Source: Vicugna vicugna (Eukaryota). From it: DNA of 64,000 nt. The stretch is from contig MU063499.1 in assembly GCA_013265495.1 (NCBI GenBank), positions 1,550,001 to 1,614,000 on the forward strand, in the 5' to 3' direction. Made by a program: the position numbers and the translations under genes. Positions 54,601 through 64,000 of the stretch are shown here, in pieces. The notes under the pieces are model-generated. The model was not told the origin of the DNA. It worked only from the letters and a program-made list of their open reading frames with translations, and did no database searches. The stretch's first letter is position 1; each line of letters begins with the position of its first letter.

Positions 54601-57021
54601 GGAGCCAGGTCCATATGCTACTTGTGCCCAGCTAATGGGCTGACAAATTAGAGAATCTCCCCTCTAAGACGTGATGAATGAGCAGCCGCACGCACAGGAG
54701 AGCTGGGGGATGGCTACTTCCCCCACAGTACTCCTCAGGCTCCGCCCTGACTTGGCATCTCTCAGGTGCCCAGTCCAGCCCAAGGTTCCCCAGGGGTGGG
54801 GGGTGGGGGCTGCAGGTGACTGTGGGTATGGGCAGAGTAGGGGTAGAAAGGGCATAAAAGGGCAACCCCAGTTTTAGAGGACACCCCAAAACAAGCCCAA
54901 TCAGGAAAGCTTGAATTCTCTGATTCCCTATGGGCTGCTGTCATGCTGTCTGAAAGGTGCCATTGAAGAGGGAGTTGAAGCAACACCCTACTCAAACTCT
55001 TCCTCAAGACCATCACCACCACACACACAACGGCCTGAATGCTTTAAAGAGAGAAGTGGCTGGTCTGTGGGGAGGCCTGAGGCGTAGGAACCTGTGCCCT
55101 AAGGACTGACCAGGATGGGGAGATACCTGAGGCTGGGTACCAGGGGGCCACCCACAGAGCGGGGCTGCTTCTCCCACACAACTGCAGGACTGTAGCTTCC
55201 TAAGCTCGCAAGGGCCATGGAGGAGACTCATGGGCAGAGGTGAGGAGCCATGTTGAGAAGGGGTCCCAGGGCCTGACTCAAAGTGAAGGGCAGCCCCCAG
55301 TTAGTGAGTGAGCCCCCATCATAGAGGGCTCAGCAGAAGTGGACTCCTAGGCCTCAGCCAGTCCTCTTTGGTGAGGGGTTGGACCAAACAGTCTTAAGCG
55401 TCCTTTCTGACCTGAGAGCCCAATATCCTCAATTTGCCCCCAGATCATTAGAAGGTTCCCCACACCCGCCAAGTACTCAGGACATTACCAGTGTGGCAGG
55501 ATTTCTGCACATTTTTGACAGATGATAGTCCTGGCTCCCTTTGAGAGCTGTCTGGCCAGGAAAGGCAGCCCCTGACCCAGGTCCTTTGTGGGCTCCCTGT
55601 CCAAACAGCCTCAAGCACCCACCCCTGCACCTACCCTGCCCCCCCACCCCGCCTGGCCCCACCTCGTGTAAACAGAACCTGCCCGCTTTCTCCCAGGGGC
55701 TGCTAATTCCTCGCCAGAACTGCTCGGACGTGAAATTGGAGTGAGACAATGTGTGTTTAAGGAAATGAATCTCGCATCTTAAGAGGCTCAGGGAGCCCGC
55801 CCTGCACCCCCATCACCCTGCCCGCCCACCCAGAGCCAGGGAAGGAGCACTTGGCATCGGGGAAGAGAAAGGCGGAGGTGACATTCAGTGCCAAATTAGC
55901 AGCCGCCACAGCCAAATATTGTACTTGCCTCCAATCTTCTTTTATTTTTCGAAAGAAAAGGCTTTTACAAAGTGAAAGAGGCTGTTGGAACACTAAGGCT
56001 GATGATCGTTTTAAAAGGCATGCCCACCACGCGCATGCCCATCTGAGAGCGGTCTCTTCCTCTCAGCTTGCCACCTCCTCCTCGCCCACAGCCACACCCC
56101 CCAAGGCGGCTGCCCTCAGTCAGGCCCCACCTCATCAGCCCCACGGCTGACATCACAGGTGTTCTTGGACAACATGACCTAGAGTCTCTGACCCTGGGCC
56201 AACCCTGGACAGGGGAACTGTCTCTCAGCCATCTCCCAACTTGCATGGCACCCTTGCAAGTGAGCGGTCATCTGTGGTGGTCCCAGAACCACCTGGCATA
56301 CAGAGGCCTCAACAGAAGTGACCGGTCCATGGCCTCTGTAAGGGCTTCTTGTCCATCGCCAATGGCCCTTAGTGCCCCCACCATGAACATCCATGCTGCC
56401 TATGCTAGCCCCCATCACCTCTTTTATCTCTTTCACTAGATGATGCCCGATGGCCCCCACTCTCTGGCCACTTTGTTGAACAGATAATACCAGTCATCCT
56501 GGAGTCCAGCCCCCAGAACCCAGGCTGCCTCCATGTGCCACTAACTTAGTGACTCACTGAATAGGCCGAGCAGACAGCCTCTGCTTCCCCTTTCAGAGGA
56601 AACACTATTTTCACCCCTGACCCCTTGATCAAGTGCTGGGTTGATCTCACTCATCGCCAGCAGCTGGTCAAACTTGATGACGTTTTATCGACAGTGAAGA
56701 CTTAGCCCATGTTTCCCATTTCTTCAAACCTGGGTTGCCCAAGGCCTTGGTTTCCTTGTCAAGGGAGAGGATGGGGAGCCTAGTGGCTCCAGAGGTTAGA
56801 GGCCCACCTGGATGGTGACTGGCCCTGGCCCTGCCCTCCATGTATGCAGCCTTCGTGCTCTCCCAGATCCGAGCCACACTCAACTCCCACCCCTGAAACC
56901 CCAGGAGGTGGGAGCCTGACAATGTCTCGTTTACAGGAGGAGCACGGGGCTTAGAGACCTCTTGGGACTTGTCCAAGGTCTCAGCTGGCAAGAGGCATAA
57001 CCAGAACCTGGATCCATGTTG

Positions 57022-57432
57022 TGTGACACCACAACGTGGCTGCTGTGGTGTGCCACCCAGACTCCCCCATCAGGATGAGGCCCATACTCCCCCAGATGCC
57101 AAGATCCTGCCTGCTGATTGCTCTCAGCTGAGTTTCTGCCCAGGCTATGGCCTGAGCAGGAGCTGCCTCACCCACACACTGCTTGACATGCAGGTCGAGT
57201 GGAAGACTACAAAGGTCTGTCTCAATTAGGGACAGCTCTGAGAGGTGAGGCCAGCCTCGGTGGAATTGGCTGAGGCTTCTGCCATGACGGCATCACAGCC
57301 AAACTTCTCCTGCTGCCCAATCCTACTTCCTTTGTCCCTCATGGGTGTGGTCCCTGAGAATACTCCCCCGATAAACACCTGCACACAAACCTCCACTGCA
57401 GAGTCTGATTCCAGGGAACTCACCCTGCCACA
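57022..57432 (+). mobile_element. 5' LTR of ERVL-class provirus (LTR16B-like); start approximate
   Basis: Matches recalled LTR16B blocks (gccacccagactcccccatcagg; ctctcagctgag; ctcaattagggacagctctga; aacttctcc..gcccaatcctacttcc; gataaacacctgcac). Ends ...ccctgccaca, followed directly by ERVL internal sequence. Confidence 0.75.
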
Positions 57433-57585
57433 GATGGTCCTGGGAATGGTCCCAGAAAGCCGACTCTGACATGGGAACTGTCCTGCTGGTACTGAGGGCC
57501 TCAGCACAGTGGTCAGTGGAGTGCTGACCATCCTGGCATGTGATAGAGGTGCAATTGAGTAAATGTTCACCCATCGTGAACTGAA

Positions 57586-58690
57586 ATGGGATACCTGTGG
57601 ATGGGTGCAATATTTCAGGTTTTGAGAATTTCAGGGAAGTGTAATTATAAGGACTATGGAACAGGATGGCTGTTGCTGAGGGCTATCGATGCTTTGGAGA
57701 GAGACAATGAAGGGCTGCGTGTGATTAATCACGAATTTAAGGTGAAGTGTGAAAGTCAGAAGCCCCCTTGGCAGGATATAAAAAGACTCTCATCTCTTGC
57801 AGCCAGAGGCAGAAAAAGCTGAGGGTCAGACACAGGACTTAATTAGAAGAGCAGCAGAGATCCAGAGAGAGTTACTGTCTCAGTCCCAGCAGGTTTGTAT
57901 ACCCAAGTCAGTAGCCAGTACCCACAGTCAGGACCCTGATTGGGAAGGAATGGGTCCCTGAGCTGTGGGATGGGGGCATCTGGGTCACTGCATTCGGAAC
58001 CCCAGACTGCCCTAAACTCTCTGTGCCTACAGAAGTGGCTGCTCCTCCATGTTAAAGGCTAGGACCGCCCCCCTCCCACCCCCTTGCTTAAAGATGATGA
58101 GGAGCCCTCCATGTTACAACACAACACTCTCCCCTCAGGATGTGCACCTATCCTTTCTACCCATCAGACCAACCATCAGGGTCAGGTCACAACAAAACTG
58201 ACTCACCAACCCCAGGAAGTGCTGGGCCTGCTAAGGGAGCATAAAGGATATCCTGAAGGTACTGTGGTTTTGAGCCAACAGTTAGGGCTGGATCCTGAGT
58301 GGCTGGATCAAGGATGGTAGAAAACAAGGTTGGATGCGGGAGAGGTTATTGAAATGGGAGCACTTTCCCATGCTATAGGATATAACATCCCAGCAAGGAC
58401 CCCAGGAGATGTTGGAAGCCTGGAAAAAGCAATGGCCCACACTAAGAGCAGTAGAAAGGCCAGAACCCTCAAAGCAAAGTTGAGAAAAGGATCAAAGGCT
58501 CAGGCAAGTGGACATACCAGGGTGGTTCTACCACAAAAGGCCAGAAAACCCATCATGACCATGTTCACTGTTTACCAAAGTGAGAAGGAATATGTTGGTG
58601 AGAAGGCCACACACATCAGAGAGAAATTCAGTGGGGGGTGTCCTCTGAAGGCCAGCCAGAGAGTAAGTGCTGCATCTCATACTCCAGGTG
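57586..58690 (+). pseudogene. Decayed ERVL gag (MuERV-L/Fv1-related), frameshifted
   Basis: Fragments in shifting frames: GWLLLRAIDALERDNEGLR (ORF 57586-57822), KAEGQTQDLIRRAAEIQR, TLIGKEWVPELWDGGIW (57933-57983; recalled ERVL ALIGKEWDPATWNGDVW), LDAGEVIEMGALSH (ORF 58330), LEAWKKQWPTL. Confidence 0.85.
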
Positions 58691-61275
58691 ACACGGAAAG
58701 ACCTCAGTTCTGAGGGGGCCGAGAGCTAAAAAGGGCTCTGCAGCCGGTTCAAGCTGAGGTGAAAGTGGCCCTGCAGCTCAGGCCACATGACACAGCAGGC
58801 CTGATGGAACCAGAGGTTATCTGTTTTGGGAAAAGATGCTGTGTGGAGTTTATGGCAGGTTCTAATAGAATCCTAGGGTCTGACAGAAAATGATGCACTG
58901 TTCAAAAAGAAGCTCCTGGGTTGCCATGGGGCCCACATGGCACGTGATTAAATGACCAAGGCATATTAAATGACCCGGCTTCTGTCATATCCATGAGGTC
59001 CTGAGGTCTTGTGAGCCCAAGAGTGATCCACTGTCAGAAGGAAGGGATGCATCCTTGATCAAGTATAAGCCGGTCAGAGGACACAAGAAAGCTGCACGAA
59101 CAGGTGGTCCAGACTCCATGAGTTCACTGCTGTTGCATGAATGCTCCTCTCTCAACTAAGACTGCACGGAGTGCATGTGTGGGGAGTCCCTCATGACCAG
59201 CTGATAGAGGAGGAAAAAGACTGGGCTTATTCTCAGATGGGTCAGTGTGATATGCTGATGTGAGCTGAAAATAGACACACACAGCTACATTACACCCCAC
59301 TCAGGGATGGCCCTGAAAGATAGTGCTAAGGAGAAATCCTCCTGAAGAGCAAAGCTTTGGGCAGCACACCTGGTCATCTACTAGCTTGGAAAAAGAAGGG
59401 GCCTGAGGTAAGAACATATACAGACTCATGGGAAGTGACAAATGGCTTGGTTGGTTGTCAGGATGAATAAAGTCTAGAAGATCAGTGACAAGGAAACCTG
59501 GTAGAGAGAGGCGTGTGGATGTACCTATGGGCATGGGCACGAAATATGAAGATCTGTGTACGTTAATGCTTATCAGCACCACCAGGAAATAACTAGACAA
59601 AATGACTCAGCCGATTGCCATCAGTCAGCCAGGACTGCCATCAGCCACTCCAGGGCTGGTACAATGGGCATATGAACAGAGTAGCCCTGACGACAGGGAA
59701 GGAAACTATGCATGGGCCCAAGACCAAGGCTGATCTAGCTACTGCTGCTGCTGAATACCCAGCCTGCCAGGAACAGAGACCAAGCCTGAGCCCCGAATGT
59801 GGCACTATTTCTTGAGGAGATCAACCACCCCATTTGGTGGCAAGTTGATTACACTGGCCCTCTGCAACCTCAGAAGGGGCAGTGAGTCATCCTGACCGGG
59901 ATTGGACCATATGCTGTTATCATATCAGGTCAGTTTTCCTTTCCTACGTTCAGAGTGTTGACTTTCCAAGCGCTTACCATGTATTTGATTCACTGATGGG
60001 ATCCCTTGGGTTCCTTGCTGCAAGGAACCTGCTTTACAGTAAAAGAAGTGCTTCAATGGGCATGTAAGCATAGGATCCTCTGATCCAATAACTTACCTAG
60101 CCACCAGCCTGACAGAGTATTGGAATAAATAACTTTTTCCTTAATAAGAGCTTTACTGAGATAAAATTCACATACTACAACATTTACATACTTTTTGGAG
60201 TATACAATTCAGTATTTTTCTAATCTATTCACAAAGTTGTGTAACTATCAATACTCTAATTTTAGACCATTTTCATCATCCCCAAAAGAAATCTTGTACC
60301 TTATTCCTTCCTCCCTTAAGTCCCTGTTAATCACTAGTCTNNNNNNNNNNNNNNNNNNNNNNNNNNNNNNNNNNNNNNNNNNNNNNNNNNNNNNNNNNNN
60401 NNNNNNNNNNNNNNNNNNNNNNNNNNNNNNNNNNNNNNNNNNNNNNNNNNNNNNNNNNNNNNNNNNNNNNNNNNNNNNNNNNNNNNNNNNNNNNNNNNNN
60501 NNNNNNNNNNNNNNNNNNNNNNNNNNNNNNNNNNNNNNNNNNNNNNNNNNNNNNNNNNNNNNNNNNNNNNNNNNNNNNNNNNNNNTATTTCAAACAATGT
60601 TGCTATGAACATTTGTGTACAGGTTTCCGTGTGGAATGTCATTTTGAAGCAAAGCAAAGTCACCGGGTTGGAGAGGATATCCAGTAAGAACGGGGAGCCA
60701 TCCCCTAGGACACAGTATGCACCTTAAATCTATGATCAATACAAGTGCTGAGCCCCTAACAGGCAAGAACACACAGGTCCAGGGGACAAGAGGTAGAAGT
60801 AGGAGTGGAGTGGTTTTACTCCCTGTTACTCCCAGTCTCCTACTTGGGGAAATTTGGCTTCCAATCCCCTCAATTTTAGGGTTTGTCAATCTACAAGTCC
60901 TGGTTCCCAAAGAAGGGATGCTTTCACAAGGGACACAGAGTCCCACTGGACTCTAAGTTTCAGCCACTGGGCTGTCACTTCAGGTTCCTCAGGCCAAGAG
61001 AGCAGCAGTCATGGAAAAATAATTGATTCTCATTATCAGGAGTTGCTGGGGTAGGAAAAAAAAAAGTCAGACAGCCACGTGACCCACTGGGGTCCTCTCT
61101 TGGTAATCCCTTATCTAGTTTTAATGAAGGTGAACAAGTGCATAAGCCATGGCCAGAAAAGGGCATTGTGGGCAGGGGCTCAGACCCACCAGGGATGAGA
61201 GTCCAGGTCAGTGTGAGGGGAATCTAGGATGGGTGGTAGAGGAAGGAGAGGATGCGTGCCAGTTGCAGCCTCCGT
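58691..61275 (+). pseudogene. Decayed ERVL pol remnant: RT connection, RNase H, integrase and dUTPase region; interrupted by an L1M
   Basis: RALQPVQAEVKVALQLRPHD (58732), GKDAVWSLWQ (58829), YTDSWEVTNGL (59417, RNase H), KADLATAAAEYPACQEQRPSLSP, WWQVDYTGPL (59835, integrase), LQVLVPKEGMLSQGT and IDSHYQE (61022, dUTPase-like), NLGWVVEEG. Domain order matches ERVL; many stops and frameshifts. Confidence 0.88.
60127..60640 (-). mobile_element. Old L1M (L1MB-like) 3' fragment nested in the ERVL integrase region; includes an N run
   Basis: gctttactgagataaaattcacatac...ttttcatcatccccaaaagaaat before the gap and tgttgctatgaacatttgtgtacagg after it: typical reverse-strand L1M 3' UTR. Confidence 0.8.
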
Positions 61276-61418
61276 GTTGGAGGCCATATCTCATCCTACT
61301 GTCCTTCCTCTTGCCAGTTTCCCAGGCAAAGGGACCAACCATAATTCTAGAGCAGCTGAGCTCCCACATGGACAAAATTACTACACGAAGCTAGGGGTCC
61401 AAGTGGCTCAAGAAGGGC

Positions 61419-61831
61419 TGAAGGTCCCCCCTTCAGGATCAGCGCTCATCTCCAACTGCCGGCTGCTGCCGGCCGCTGAACCTATCTGGGACTCTCCCTT
61501 GACTAAAGGAAGACATTTCATGCATGGTCATGTTACTTCCCCAGCAGCAGCCCACATCCAGTGACAGGGCAGTCCAGGGTAGAAAAGCCAGGACCCCTGG
61601 CCTCAATCTAGGACATCTCTAAAGAGCCATCCCAGCCCCAGAACTCTCCATGGGGCCAGCTGAGACCTCCACTCAACTGCACTGTGGTCAGCTTCTCTCC
61701 CTGCCGAGGCCTGCTCCACACATCCCCCTCACAAGTGTTGTTTCTCAGAGCAGCCCCTCCCCTCAAGTAAACCTATGGTGTGCAGATTTTAGCATCTCAG
61801 AGCCTGTTTCCCACAAACATGGCCTAAGACA
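61419..61831 (+). mobile_element. 3' LTR of the same ERVL provirus (LTR16B-like)
   Basis: Follows a purine-rich PPT-like aagaagggc. Shares blocks with the 5' LTR (cccccttcagga; gcctcaatctaggacatctctaaagag at 61600 vs gtctcaattagggacagctctgagag at 57219). Ends catctcagagcctgtttccc...cctaagaCA. Confidence 0.8.
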
Positions 61832-64000
61832 GGTTGTCTGCCTCCACCAGTGCCAAACCCTGGACCAGCCCTACAGAGGCTCTAGAAAGCCCTGCTGTGG
61901 TGGTTGCTGGACCTCCAGGGCCCCCAGGGCTGCCTTCATGCATCCCAACCCACCTACATTCAGGTCCCACCCTCTTCAGGGAGGTATAATAATTAGGGCC
62001 TTTTAAAGGTGAAGAAACCAATGCTCTAGAGGGGAAGTAGCTCATCCAAGGTCCTAGAGCTGGGAAAGAGTTTGAACCCCAATCTGTTTGAATCCTCTTG
62101 ACCACCATCCTCATGTCTTCGGTAATTGCTGGCAGAGTGAGAGAGGGGCAGCAAACAGGCTTTGGGAGCTTGGCTTGGAGACGGGGAAACGGACTCCATG
62201 GAGGAGGTCTTGAGGGGTTCGGGCAGGCAGATGTACAAGGAAAGGTGTAGGAAGGGGTGACAGCAATGGCAAAGGCTGGGAGGCAGGCCTAATGGGGGGT
62301 AAGGAGCCCTGGTTTGGGGGAATGAGTCAGGGAAGAGAGGTGTGATTTGTGTGAAGGTCGTGGTGGACACAGACCAGGCTCGGGTCCTGCATCTGTTCTG
62401 CCCTGCCCCCGCCTTGCTGTGTCCCNNNNNNNNNNNNNNNNNNNNNNNNNNNNNNNNNNNNNNNNNNNNNNNNNNNNNNNNNNNNNNNNNNNNNNNNNNN
62501 NNNNNNNNNNNNNNNNNNNNNNNNNNNNNNNNNNNNNNNNNNNNNNNNNNNNNNNNNNNNNNNNNNNNNNNNNNNNNNNNNTCACAGGCACCAGAGCTGG
62601 CCCCTCATTCAGGTTCCGGAAGCTCTCCTCCGTGGGTGGGAACACTGGGGTGGGGGTCGAGGGAACCAGGAGGCCTCAGGAAGAGAAGGCGAAGGGACCT
62701 AGCTGGGCTCCACAGCATTTACTTGGTACCTGCTGTGTACTCAGAACTCTGGAGAAGCTGTGCACGATGGGGGAGACCCAGGCAGAGGACACACTCACCC
62801 CAGCACACACTCTGCAGAGCATCCAGCTCACAAGGCCCTGGGAGTGGACCTCCTTAGGAGCAGCTTTTCTGAACCCCACAACTGCCTCCCAGCATTTGTC
62901 CCTCAGCTGCCCCCGTCCGCGCTCCCAGACATCTCTGTGCTGACTTCTTGCTTCTTCCCTGAGGAGAGCCAAGCCTCCAATCAGACCCTGGGAAAGCAAT
63001 TTTTCAATCTCCAACTGCAAACACTAATACCGCCGAAGCTAATTTTACAGATTTCCACTCAGAGGCCTCGCCTTTGTCCCAGAATCCCTCAGNNNNNNNN
63101 NNNNNNNNNNNNNNNNNNNNNNNNNNNNNNNNNNNNNNNNNNNNNNNNNNNNNNNNNNNNNNNNNNNNNNNNNNNNNNNNNNNNNNNNNNNNNNNNNNNN
63201 NNNNNNNNNNNNNNNNNNNNNNNNGAGCCAGGTCGGGTACCTGCTCCATTGGGTGGCTGAAGGAGGGGTGCTGTTCCAGCCCCCAGATGCCTATAGCCCC
63301 TGTAATATGGCTTGAACTCACAACCTAGGGAGAGGCAGAGAAGGAGAAAGAATCAGTTTCCCATCCAGCATGCTTGGAACCCACATGCCCCCTTCTCAAG
63401 CCTCTGGGATGTGCATACCCCTGAAGACACCCAGGATTTCCCTGATTCCAATCTCAAAGCTTACTGAGCTGTAGAGAAAAGCTTCAGCCCCTTAGATAGA
63501 CCAGGCCACAGGCGCGCCTCCCACTTTGCCAGTGAGGCTGATTCCATTCCAAAGGAGACTCTCCGGGCCTCAGTTTTTCCATCGAACCAAATGATCAAAG
63601 TCCCTGTGGTCCAACCAGAGCCACGCAGCCCAGCACTGCACCCCCTCTGCACACACATACACTCCAGGCCACACCTGCCCAGACCCTTGCCCTGGCACAG
63701 ACAGGCTGGATGCATTTGGTGGAGCTCATTCCACGAGCACCTCTCTATGGCATCTCTCACAGATGAACAGCATAATCACTCTGGCTCTCTGGGGGCCACA
63801 AGCTCAGAAACATCCTAATGAAAAATAAATGTATTTACAGGGAGACGTCAAAGCTGCCAGGACGAGTCAAACTAATATGCCTGTGACCAGCACGCGGACT
63901 TTTATTTCTTTCCCCTCCACGCTCCAGAGCTGCTCCTGCGGCGTGGAGAGATAAATATTTTAAATAGCGACACTTTGGCGATGCACAGTTATGCAAGACA

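Noticed and set aside
57586-58713. Possible domesticated Fv1-like gag gene
   Set aside because: Homologous blocks fall in different frames with stops; the longest homologous open stretch is well under 100 aa.

Overview
Mammalian genomic DNA, GC-rich, most likely a cetartiodactyl. The young L1 3' UTR and ERV1 LTR look artiodactyl-type, and no Alu, Bov-tA/BovB, PRE-1 or CHR SINE is visible, so a camelid is plausible (inference only). The whole window lies inside CACNA2D2 (voltage-gated Ca channel alpha2delta-2), transcribed on the minus strand. Only two coding exons are present: 39909-39793 (117 nt, [39 protein letters not shown]) and 2778-2719 (60 nt, [20 protein letters not shown]), equivalent to human exons 3 and 4 and separated by a 37,014-nt intron. 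The rest is intron carrying ancient repeats (MIR, L2, CR1/L3, MER20, MER5A-type, L1M), a 5'-truncated L1 with a target-site duplication (TSD), an ERV1 solo LTR and a two-LTR ERVL (LTR16B/ERV3-16A3-like) proviral relic. There are seven short N runs. No new protein-coding system is supported: nearly all ORF-track entries are chance ORFs. The best leads are regulatory: a canonical RE1/REST site beside a four-copy TAATCAG homeodomain cluster and an ERR element (12.85-13.4 kb), a near-consensus CTCF site (41.8 kb), a promoter-like CpG-retaining core in intron 3 (34.3-34.5 kb), and several CpG-retaining, AT-rich islands that look like conserved enhancers. All family and protein assignments come from recalled consensus sequences, not database searches.
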